Below, piece after piece: positions 39,442 through 48,808 of a stretch of 64,000 nucleotides of DNA. The notes beneath the pieces were generated by a model. The model did no database searches. It saw nothing but the letters and a program-made list of their open reading frames with translations, and had not been told where the DNA came from. Position 1 is the stretch's first letter; the number at the start of each line of letters is the position of its first letter. A program made the position numbers and the translations under genes. The DNA lies in assembly GCA_965214875.1 (NCBI GenBank), contig OZ243980.1:2299058-2363057 (forward strand), written 5' to 3'. The DNA is from Arenicellales bacterium (GTDB taxonomy: Bacteria > Pseudomonadota > Gammaproteobacteria > Arenicellales > JAJDZL01).

Positions 39442-39801
39442 TCACGCTCCAATTTGCAACAGCATGTCGTAGATCACCCAAAAGGAGATGGTGTCGAGCA
39501 TCCAAAGAAACAAGCCGATCAAGACAACCATCACGATCACGATCAATGTGCTCGTCACCGTATCTTTTCGAGTCGGCCAGACAATTCTGCGAAATTCTCC
39601 GCGAGCGCCTTTGGCAAAAGCCCATGCTTCGCGCCCGTACGCCGAAGTCAATGCAACCGCGACGGCGACAATCAAACCCAGAATCAGCAATGAAACGCGC
39701 AAAAGCTGCGAATCGGTTTCCAGCGCATAAAATGCGGCCAAGCCTGCCACTACCAGAGTGACAGACATGGCAATCTTGACTTTGTCTAGAATTTCAGGCA
39801 T
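39442..39801 (-). CDS. secE: Preprotein translocase subunit SecE
   Basis: 119 aa with three hydrophobic segments and EFRRIVWPTRKDT; canonical position upstream of nusG. Confidence 0.93.
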   Translation of the reverse strand: MPEILDKVKIAMSVTLVVAGLAAFYALETDSQLLRVSLLILGLIVAVAVALTSAYGREAWAFAKGARGEFRRIVWPTRKDTVTSTLIVIVMVVLIGLFLWMLDTISFWVIYDMLLQIGA

Positions 39802-39824
39802 GGGATCTTATCGCATATGGGCAA

Positions 39825-39901
<77 letters not shown>

Positions 39902-39927
39902 TCGCTAATGTGCAACCGCTGGACTAT

Positions 39928-41118
<1,191 letters not shown>

Positions 41119-41201
41119 TGCCCTGTCCCTCTGATCTTATCGATAGTGTGTTAAGTGATGCAAATTACAGGAATCGAATAACTGCCCCGATTGATGATGC
41201 C

Positions 41202-41277
41202 TGGAGCCCACAACCGGATTTGAACCGGTGACCTCTTCCTTACCAAGGAAGTGCTCTGCCGACTGAGCTATGTGGGC
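41202..41277 (-). tRNA. tRNA-Thr (anticodon GGT)
   Basis: The reverse complement is GCCCACATAGCTCAGTCGGCAGAGCACTTCCTTGGTAAGGAAGAGGTCACCGGTTCAAATCCGGTTGTGGGCTCCA, with the anticodon arm CTTCC-TTGGTAA-GGAAG. Confidence 0.93.
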
Positions 41278-41330
41278 GCATGATCAAAAAACCGACCCGA
41301 CTCCTCGATATTCTGAGCTCTCTTCCGGTA

Positions 41331-41404
<74 letters not shown>

Positions 41405-41460
41405 ACTAGCGCACCCGGTTCCCGCTCAAGTAAAAAAATCGCCGCTTAAGTCGCTCGCGG

Positions 41461-41542
41461 TGGAGGGGGGAGGATTCGAACCTCCGAAGGCTGAGCCAAC
41501 AGATTTACAGTCTGCCCCCTTTGGCCGCTCGGGAACCCCTCC
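41461..41542 (-). tRNA. tRNA-Tyr (anticodon GTA), long variable arm
   Basis: The reverse complement is GGAGGGGTTCCCGAGCGGCCAAAGGGGGCAGACTGTAAATCTGTTGGCTCAGCCTTCGGAGGTTCGAATCCTCCCCCCTCCA, with the anticodon loop CTGTAAA. After the discriminator A the genome encodes CCG, so the terminal CCA is only partly templated. Confidence 0.9.
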
Positions 41543-41565
41543 GGCACAAATAGTGTAAGTTTTCA

Positions 41566-41594
41566 ATGGTAAACGAGTTATTTTATTTTGTCAA
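41566..41594 (-). promoter_or_regulatory. Putative sigma70 promoter in the 110-nt AT-rich spacer upstream of tRNA-Tyr
   Basis: The minus strand reads TTGACA (41589-41594), a 17-nt spacer, then TACCAT (41566-41571), ~24 nt before the tRNA-Tyr 5' end. Confidence 0.45.
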
Positions 41595-41652
41595 ACCATA
41601 TCCTGGCAAAAATACGAATAGTTTTGCTGAAAGATATGATTTGCAACATTTC

Positions 41653-41728
41653 TGGAGCCCGCAGAGGGATTCGAACCCACGACCTGCTGATTACAAATCA
41701 GCTGCTCTTCCGTCTGAGCTATGCGGGC
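41653..41728 (-). tRNA. tRNA-Thr (anticodon TGT)
   Basis: The reverse complement is GCCCGCATAGCTCAGACGGAAGAGCAGCTGATTTGTAATCAGCAGGTCGTGGGTTCGAATCCCTCTGCGGGCTCCA, with the anticodon arm GCTGA-TTTGTAA-TCAGC. Confidence 0.92.
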
Positions 41729-42021
41729 ACGATTCAGCAGCGGCAACTTCACGACCGCAACTTCAAGCGCACTGTTAGGCGAAACGAGAGCGAATTGTAC
41801 AATGAATCGAAAGTCGATGCCTTGATTTTTTCCATTATCTTGCGGCATCAAATATGCTTCGAACACTTCGCGGCCGAGTGAAACATGAGCAGAATCTCAA
41901 TTTGCGATTTTGCCAATTCCGCAGTTCTAACTTTGGAATCTTGATTGCAATCGCCCCTCAAGGCTGAGCTCTCAAGCCACTTGAATTTAATCCAAATCAA
42001 TCGGCATTAGGGTTCTACGCC

Positions 42022-43224
42022 TTAAGCAAGCAGCCGTATTTTGAATCGCTCGTCAAGCTCGATTAGATCAGGCTCTGTGCCGTTATGCTCTCTCATACCT
42101 TTGACGATTTTCCGGGGGATTCCCATTCCCATGTGTTCCAAGTAACGGTAGTCGCGCATAATGTCTTTTATAAGCTCGTTTCGTGAAGCGCGTGTTCCGA
42201 CTCGCATTCGATCCGGGGTAATCCCGTTTGGCAATCGGCCCGGCGAGACAACTTCTATGCGATCACTGTAAACCGTCAACTGAACATCCGTACTAGTGAG
42301 CATATAATCTCGGTGAATAAGAGCATTAACTATGCTCTCGCGGAGCGCATCGCTGGGATAGGCAGATCGCTCCACCCGTCTTCCGCCAATTTCTTCTACA
42401 TCCACACAGGTGTTGCGTTCAATGAAATTTAGGGCTTGCTCAACGAGTCCGTTGTCAACGATATCGCCACTTTGATTGAACAATGGGACCATAGGCCCGC
42501 GAAGCGTTGCGCGTTCCCGAGCGCCATAATCCTGCTCAGTTCCAGGATATGCGACAGCATCGATGCCCGCTTGAGGCAGGAACCGGTTTGGCGTACTGCC
42601 GAATAACACCATGCCCCCGACGCTTACACCTCCTTCGGTCATGATATCAGTGTTCACTAGAAGCGACTGCCACGCCGATACATTTTCTTCAGCAGGCACA
42701 TCCTGCTGTCGGATTTGGCCAAAGTAGTTTTGCAACCGTCTCTGATCAAGATGTTCAAAAGCGCTTCCCGATACTGGTTGCAGTTCGGTTCGCAAGGAAC
42801 CCCGCTGCTGGAATAGCCGCGCAAGTTCTTCAGTGCTCGCTTCTCGACTCTGCGAGCCAACACGAATCAGGTATTTGCTGCTATTGTTGTGCCAAAGCGA
42901 ATGCACACCATAACCACGGGGCACGTAAACAATAGCAATATCCTTGCCCCCTTCGATATTCTGCACTAATTCGAAGTGCGGAAGGATGGCGGGCCTTATT
43001 TTGTCTCGGCACACACTCATAACCCATTCTTCCAGACTTTTGCGCGTTAGGCCTGCAATTCTTCCATCATCCTCGACCCCTAAGAGAACTATGCCGCCTT
43101 GCAGGTTGGAAAATGCGACCAGTTCCTTAGCAAGATCTTGCGTACGCAAATCATCTCTTTTGAATTCCATTGCAGAATTTTCTCCGTTCTTTATGAATTC
43201 TCGCAATTCGCTATGCGTATACAT
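42022..43224 (-). CDS. Schlafen/AlbA_2-domain protein with a C-terminal HATPase_c_4-like domain (COG2865-type)
   Basis: The N-terminus ELREFIKNGENSAMEFKRD..LAKELVAFSNLQGGIVLLGVEDDG is typical of AlbA_2/Schlafen-type domains. The C-terminal RESIVNALIHRDY (aa 295-307, nt 42304-42342) plus GMGIPR is typical of the RecG-C-terminal-like ATPase fold. The ATG lies 3 nt after the upstream gene's stop. Confidence 0.75.
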   Translation of the reverse strand: MYTHSELREFIKNGENSAMEFKRDDLRTQDLAKELVAFSNLQGGIVLLGVEDDGRIAGLTRKSLEEWVMSVCRDKIRPAILPHFELVQNIEGGKDIAIVYVPRGYGVHSLWHNNSSKYLIRVGSQSREASTEELARLFQQRGSLRTELQPVSGSAFEHLDQRRLQNYFGQIRQQDVPAEENVSAWQSLLVNTDIMTEGGVSVGGMVLFGSTPNRFLPQAGIDAVAYPGTEQDYGARERATLRGPMVPLFNQSGDIVDNGLVEQALNFIERNTCVDVEEIGGRRVERSAYPSDALRESIVNALIHRDYMLTSTDVQLTVYSDRIEVVSPGRLPNGITPDRMRVGTRASRNELIKDIMRDYRYLEHMGMGIPRKIVKGMREHNGTEPDLIELDERFKIRLLA

Positions 43225-43227
43225 GCT

Positions 43228-45924
43228 TCAGAATCCATATTTTGAACGACGCATCTCGAACGCAGCCTTGCCGCCTTCGAGAATTTCCTCGACTAGTTCG
43301 CGTACAGAAATGGAGTCAATCGAGGCCATATGCTCTCGAGCAATTCGCGCTTTCCCTTCTATGACTTCGCCCGCCGAAGTGAGGCCGAGAATAAGTTCGG
43401 CATCGCCGAGAACCGGAATATTCGCATTGTGCGTAGAAAACACGAACTGACGATTGCGCTTTTCCTGCCGCATAATCGGCACCACGCCCTCCGTAATGAA
43501 GCGGTTATCGAGATCATCTTCTGGCTGATCGATGACTAGCGGCACTGTCGATTCAAGCAGTAGAAGCAGCAATACGGCTGTTGCCTTTTGCCCGGTCGAG
43601 AGAGCTTGCAGCCTACGCCAGCTAGCAGGTGCTCCATCGTGTGCCGTATTTAGCTCGATATCGGTCGTTGCAGGCAATTCAAGCTCTTCTATGCGCATGA
43701 AGAAATCTAAATCGGCACCGGCGATTCGTTCTGCCGCACCAGGTGGCAGGTTGTAGTGTGCAATTAGAGATTCCCTGCCTTCCCGGCACCGTTGCGCGAG
43801 TTCTGCCAAAGACAGATTCGCATGCTTTCGCAAGCGTTCCAGCGCAGGAGAAAGATTACCGCCCAACTCGCGCAAGAGTTCTTCGAGAGGGTCGCGATTT
43901 CCAGCCATCGCAACTGCAACCCGCACACGCTCTCCAAGTTTCTTGCTCACCCTCTTTGCTGCGTTATCGAGTCGCCTGTATTCAGTGGACTTGATATCTT
44001 CCCACTCAGCCAAGAAGTTTCGGCGCTCGGCTTCGTGCGCATCCAGTTCCTGATTTAAACTTTGCATCCGGTCAGTTAGCGGACGCAACTCTTCGATCTG
44101 TTGGCGAAGTTGAATGAACTCTGCACCGTCAATATTAGACTTTTGAAGTTCGCGCAGGAGCTTTTCATAGTTTTGCTCGATTGTTTTCTTCCGCTCGCTC
44201 CAATGCAACTTAGTGTTGGCAATTGCTTCATCCGCTTGGGTAAAGATTGTGCCCAACTGCTCGTACAGAGCAACCAAGTTCTCGCTAAGTGTCGTTAGAA
44301 TTCCTTCAAGATTAGATAGAACATCAGCATTGGGCAACGTTTGAAGAGCTTTATAGGAAACGAAGGCTGTATCCACAGGCAATCCTTCTTTGAGTTCGTT
44401 ATGGATAGCGCGGTAGTAATCAAGCCGTTCATCCAGACTGGCAAATAGTCGCTCCTCGCGCAAGAGCCAGCTTTTTTCCTTTAGTCGCTCTTCAATGCCA
44501 GCCTGCTGAAATCTTCTATGCGTCTCCTCGAGACCGGGTAACGCCGCAAGCTGCTCATCAAGAATTCTCAACTGCCGGCGCACATCAACAATGCGAATCC
44601 GTGAGCGTTCCAATCCCTGGCTTACCCGCAACTTCCGTACTGAAAGAGCCGGATCCGATTCCGTGAACCGCCTCAGCAGAAGCGTTAGTTTTTCCGGGCT
44701 CTTTGTAAGTTCGGAGATCTCGTGCTGCCCATAAATTTCAACGCCAGGCATCACATCTTGAGGCGACAAGTCCAAGACTTTCCTCGCCTCATCCCTTACC
44801 ACTGGCGGATTCGGCACAGTCCTCTCAATCGTGTAATAACGCTCTGACGGTTTGTATGATCGTACCCTCAAAGAAATTTTCGTGCCGGGTCGCAAAACAT
44901 GGCGAATCACTCCTTCATGGCTCCGTTTGACATCCTCGCCTAGTGGGGTGAGATCAAGAGCATAGCGTATGCTTTCAATCATCGTCGACTTGCCGGTACC
45001 TCGTCCCCCTATAAGCACATTCAGGTTTTCGTTGAAATGTACAGCCGTGTCGCTAAGAAACCCACCTTCCCAAGTAATTGCTAATAACTCGGCATGGCTT
45101 TCGGGCCGCTCATCGCTATGCAGACGGACTCGTGACCCTGGGTCGAGAAATGCTTGTCGAAAAGCCTCTATCGATACTTTGGACATCTTGATAAAACATG
45201 AGGCACTTTGCTTTTTCAGATCTTCTGGATCATTCACGTCCGAAGCATTAAGAATCGCTACGGGGTGGTCGCGCTTGTGCTGGGCATCCTTATTCTCAAG
45301 AATCTGCCTAATGCCATCGGGCGCATCGCCGACAGGTCCTGGCAACGCACAAGCAATAAGTGCCGGATCTCTCCAGACATTGATTCGTGATTGCCCCGAA
45401 AGTTTTCTCAATAGCCCGCCTTCGGAAGCAACATGAGCGGCGATGCAAACTGCGCCCCAAGTCTTTGAGGATTCGAGCAGCTCGAGTGAATCCAATTTGC
45501 CTGTTGGGGGCGGTTGGTCGGCATCGAGGATTCCGCACTCGCCGATGAAACGTTCCAAAGATTCTTCCTTATCGGGGTCAAACAGGCATAGAAAGTGAAC
45601 GCCATCTTTCGCAACGGCTTCGAAACCGCTGAATGCGTGGATTTTCGCCTTGCGCGCGGCTCGCACAAGGCCTGCCGAATACGCTACACGGTAGTGATCC
45701 GTCACGGCAATGACTTCAATTTCATTTTCGAGACAAGCGTCGACTATCGCAGAATTGTATTCATCCTCCGACTTGAAGGGTGTTTTCTTGTTGTGAGTTC
45801 CAAGATAGGCGAATGGATTAACCTGCAAAGCGCAACGACGGAACCGCGCACCATTTGGCAGATCCAGCGTAGCCTGCATCTGGTCAGGAAGTGCGCGCGC
45901 AGAGTTCATGGATGCCGCATTCAT
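43228..45924 (-). CDS. PHP-phosphoesterase / SMC-Rad50-like ABC ATPase fusion protein (TrlF/Ppl-like architecture)
   Basis: PHP-like N-domain with VIAVTDHYRV (nt 45685-45714), GFEAV..GVHFLCLF and IAAHV. Walker A GGRGTGKST (aa 306-314, nt 44983-45009) is followed by a long charged helical region (aa ~430-660). The signature LSTGQK plus Walker B LVIDQPEDDLD (aa 775-806, nt 43507-43602) and STHN complete the ATPase. Confidence 0.75.
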   Translation of the reverse strand: MNAASMNSARALPDQMQATLDLPNGARFRRCALQVNPFAYLGTHNKKTPFKSEDEYNSAIVDACLENEIEVIAVTDHYRVAYSAGLVRAARKAKIHAFSGFEAVAKDGVHFLCLFDPDKEESLERFIGECGILDADQPPPTGKLDSLELLESSKTWGAVCIAAHVASEGGLLRKLSGQSRINVWRDPALIACALPGPVGDAPDGIRQILENKDAQHKRDHPVAILNASDVNDPEDLKKQSASCFIKMSKVSIEAFRQAFLDPGSRVRLHSDERPESHAELLAITWEGGFLSDTAVHFNENLNVLIGGRGTGKSTMIESIRYALDLTPLGEDVKRSHEGVIRHVLRPGTKISLRVRSYKPSERYYTIERTVPNPPVVRDEARKVLDLSPQDVMPGVEIYGQHEISELTKSPEKLTLLLRRFTESDPALSVRKLRVSQGLERSRIRIVDVRRQLRILDEQLAALPGLEETHRRFQQAGIEERLKEKSWLLREERLFASLDERLDYYRAIHNELKEGLPVDTAFVSYKALQTLPNADVLSNLEGILTTLSENLVALYEQLGTIFTQADEAIANTKLHWSERKKTIEQNYEKLLRELQKSNIDGAEFIQLRQQIEELRPLTDRMQSLNQELDAHEAERRNFLAEWEDIKSTEYRRLDNAAKRVSKKLGERVRVAVAMAGNRDPLEELLRELGGNLSPALERLRKHANLSLAELAQRCREGRESLIAHYNLPPGAAERIAGADLDFFMRIEELELPATTDIELNTAHDGAPASWRRLQALSTGQKATAVLLLLLLESTVPLVIDQPEDDLDNRFITEGVVPIMRQEKRNRQFVFSTHNANIPVLGDAELILGLTSAGEVIEGKARIAREHMASIDSISVRELVEEILEGGKAAFEMRRSKYGF

Positions 45925-46003
45925 CTCTGTTTTTCTGTCAACTCCGACATCTTGAACCTCGTTTCTGCCTTAATAGACTTCCTTGTCCGGCGATGTATTT
46001 GTA

Positions 46004-46135
46004 TTAGTCGACTGCATCTCGCACGAACCAAGCCAAGGCAACTGTCTTCTCCATAGCGAGTTATTGCAGAACCTCATAAGCGTCCGGTGAAAAGCTAATC
46101 AGCACCCGCACCGACGGCATCTGTTCAGATTTCAT
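46004..46135 (-). pseudogene. Ribbon-helix-helix (CopG-like) gene remnant with an internal stop
   Basis: Hand translation gives MKSEQMPSVRVLISFSPDAYEVLQ, a TAA at 46061-46063, then LAMEKTVALAWFVRDAVD and a second stop. The RVxISFSPxxYExL..LA....VSLAWVVRDA pattern matches RHH regulators as I recall them. It lies 80 nt upstream of the 898-aa gene. Confidence 0.5.
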
Positions 46136-46585
46136 TTTCTGCCTCCCTTTCCATTCGCTTATCACTTCGAGATTCATAATCGGCAAATCACTTCACCATA
46201 CCACACCATGCTGGCACACAAAATCGTCCCACATTCCCATGAAAGGTAACGGGCTGTAGATGCGATGACGATGCAAAGTTTCTTTTGATGTGCCGAGCAG
46301 GTGCACTAGCGACCAGCATCGTTCCGCAAATTGGCCGAGATGGCTGCCTTAGTCAATTTGCGGATAAAGCGAGACGCGTTGCGATTAACCACAAGCTCTT
46401 AGCAATCCAAATCACGGAGACAACACTCCGTTCAGGGGCAAAACAAGAATATCATCCTGAATGGATGGTGAACGACCACGACCATGGCGCTTGTAGCCGC
46501 ATACACTCAAAATCAACTTGCGGCATGCGAAAAACTTCTCTGCGGAACGTAGGATTCGATTTGCTTCAACTTGAATCATCGAGGA

Positions 46586-47097
46586 CTATCTCCAATTTTC
46601 TGCAGTCAAGGGCAACTCGTCAAGTTCCGCCCGAGCTTCTCGCCATGCTGGAAAATGATCAGTGAGCAATGAGATAAAACGATCGATATGAGTAGGCTCT
46701 TGCAAGTAGAGCATCTCATGCACAACAACCTATTCGATCAAATCCTCAGGCTTTTTCACAAGTTCAGCGTTCAACCTGATATGCCCTACCTCGTGATTGC
46801 AACTTCCCCATTTAGTCTTCATTCACTGAAGGAAATAAGCTTTAACCTTCGCATCGAGTTTCGGTTCCCACTTTCTGATCAGGATAGGGATGAACTTATC
46901 CAAGAGAGACTTGCGCCATTCATGGATAATTTTCGCTCGTTCAGCATAGTCACTGCCTGTGGACGCACAGTCAACGTGAACCTTCTATGGTCAGCTGTTA
47001 CGTATGGCTTGGCATCACGTTCTATAGCGGTTAGCAAATGTAGGCGGTCCCAAAGAACTTGCCAGTATCTTCGCCACTGTCCGCCAAACTGTGCCAT
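46586..47097 (-). pseudogene. DUF45/YgjP-type (M48-like) metal-dependent hydrolase pseudogene
   Basis: Hand translation gives ..AKIIHEWRKSLLDKFIPILIRKWEPKLDAKVKAYFLQ, then TGA, MKTKWGSCNHEVGHIRLNAELVKKPEDLIE, TAG, and VVVHEMLYLQEPTHIDRFISLLTDHFPAWREARAELDEL. There are two in-frame stops and one frameshift relative to the N-terminal piece (ORF 46879-47097). The HExxH motif reads HEMLY. Confidence 0.7.
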
Positions 47098-47250
47098 CTG
47101 CCGATATGCGCAGGTGTTGTCGGTGCCAATGCAAAACCGCCCGACACTTGCGCCTGAGCGGGCAAGGTCGGGTCATGGCGGCTAGAGAGAACGGGGAGTA
47201 CCCGAAAATTCTCTGTGAATTTTTGCGTCTTTTTCGGGTTTGTAGATTGT

Positions 47251-47427
47251 CTATGGCGAGGGTATTCCGGCGATCAGCACACCCAAGGTCGCAGTAGCCA
47301 CTGCATAGCCGCCAAGTATCGCAAGAAGCAGCCGGTTTTCACGCTTGGCCATGTCGGCTTTCCAGTCAGCCATATCGGCTCGAAAACGCTCAAGCGTTCC
47401 TTGAAGGTCAGACTGCAACGTTTTCAT
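47251..47427 (-). CDS. Small tail-anchored coiled-coil membrane protein (hypothetical)
   Basis: GGAGGA lies 4 nt upstream of the ATG at 47427. The sequence is MKTLQSDLQGTLERFRADMADWKADMAKRENR followed by the TM segment LLLAILGGYAVATATLGVLIAG. The ORF track starts it at a TTG at 47460. Confidence 0.5.
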   Translation of the reverse strand: MKTLQSDLQGTLERFRADMADWKADMAKRENRLLLAILGGYAVATATLGVLIAGIPSP

Positions 47428-48025
47428 GCGTTCCTCCAGCACGGCATGCTGTTTTGCCAACTCATAGACATGTCTCTGTAGATTTTGATCGACGGGTTCA
47501 TTTATGCTTTATTCCATTACGCCAACATTTTAGGATTTTTCAAGCTTGACGAATGCCCTTTCGGGCTGATTTTTTGTTCACGTCAATCTGCCGCACCGGA
47601 TTGATTTATCCGTGAAAGCTGAACCTTCGCAAGCATTTCGTGCAGGATTCATCGGCATTGAACCGGTTTGAAACGGGATGCAATAGATATGTCGAAGCTT
47701 GTTAGGATTGCAACGGCCGGGCGCGACCATAGGAGGCGCACTTCAACACGCTGATCGGCAGAATGCATTCCGCGCCTTAGTCATCGGGCAGGCGCACCTG
47801 ATTGCCAGCCGCACTTCGATAAGCTTGATGCCATATTCTTGGAATTCATCATCTTTGCACTGATCACCGATGCACGGCCTAGAGTTAACATGCCACATAG
47901 ATCCAACGCATTGAAGTTCGCTCTGCCGTGTTCCCCGTATAACGCGTTAAACATACGACCAATTCCTGCAACTCATTGGCTGAGTCAAATCGTGTCCGCA
48001 CCGACTTCTACCTGATAACGCCGTG

Positions 48026-48808
48026 TCAATGGAACGTCACTGTCGCTTGCATGCCAGGAAATAGCAACAACTCGCGCTCGGTGAATTTCACAAATACGGG
48101 AAAATTGCCGGCTTGATCAGGCTTAAGGGAACCAAAGGCGATCTTGCCATCATAGTTCCGACCTTCAACTGCAATCGCCGCATCGCCGTCTCCCTGAAGC
48201 GAAGTCCGCAAACTCAATGGCACCTCCAATCGAACGATGAACTCGCCCGCAGACACCAAAGTCATCAAGCGCTGCGTCTCATCCATCATCCGCACCGCCA
48301 TCCCCTCTTCGACATTCCGATTTTCAACCATCGCATCAAACGGGGCTCTCAACTTCGTCTGGTCAACCGCATGCTGCGCCGCAATCAGCCTGCCCTGCGC
48401 GACTACCAACTCGGCACGCGCACGCTTCAAATTGTCGACCGCCTTATCGTAGGCTGTCAACGACAGCGAACCCTGTTCAAACAGCGCCTCCTGGCGTTCG
48501 AGCTCTTCTTCCAATTCTTTTACCGCAATCGATGCCACCTCGACATTGCTGGCACTTATCCTTTCATCAGCATCTTGCCTAGTGGAGTCGAGCTCTACAA
48601 GAACTGTTCCCGACATGACAACATCGCCTACTTCAGCACGAACAGCTTCCACTCTCCCGTCCGTTAGCGCGACCAAATCCACTCGCACTCTGAAATCAAC
48701 GACACCTTGAAAATCTTCCGCATATAGATCATCCCCCATAAACGAATTTCCCAAGCAAATCGCTATCGCCAGCACAACCGACTTCAACTTGACTGATTCA
48801 GTTCTCAT
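48026..48808 (-). CDS. Periplasmic adaptor (HlyD/MFP family), short form
   Basis: Signal/anchor segment, a lipoyl-like DGRVEAVRAEVGDVVMSGTVLVELD, a coiled-coil hairpin region and KLRAPFDAMV. At 260 aa it is shorter than typical RND/ABC adaptors. Confidence 0.8.
   Translation of the reverse strand: MRTESVKLKSVVLAIAICLGNSFMGDDLYAEDFQGVVDFRVRVDLVALTDGRVEAVRAEVGDVVMSGTVLVELDSTRQDADERISASNVEVASIAVKELEEELERQEALFEQGSLSLTAYDKAVDNLKRARAELVVAQGRLIAAQHAVDQTKLRAPFDAMVENRNVEEGMAVRMMDETQRLMTLVSAGEFIVRLEVPLSLRTSLQGDGDAAIAVEGRNYDGKIAFGSLKPDQAGNFPVFVKFTERELLLFPGMQATVTFH

Noticed and set aside
41566-41881. Three ORFs of 70-97 aa cover the tRNA-Thr(TGT) region.
   Set aside because: They run through a clear tRNA gene and an AT-rich spacer, and have no RBS or protein-like features.
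46285-47185. Plus-strand ORFs of 126 aa (46285-46665) and 165 aa (46688-47185).
   Set aside because: The second is antisense to the recognisable DUF45 pseudogene. Neither has a motif or an RBS, and both lie in decayed DNA.
41653-47500. The accessory patch considered as a classical tRNA-integrated genomic island.
   Set aside because: No integrase or recombinase gene is present, and I could find no direct repeat of the tRNA 3' end. The patch also abuts the 5' side of tRNA-Thr(TGT), not the 3' end used by most integrases.
47552-47576. GCCC-tttc-GGGC followed by TGATTTTTTG, which looks like a plus-strand intrinsic terminator.
   Set aside because: The stem is only 4 bp and there is no credible plus-strand gene upstream for it to terminate. 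It may be a relic.
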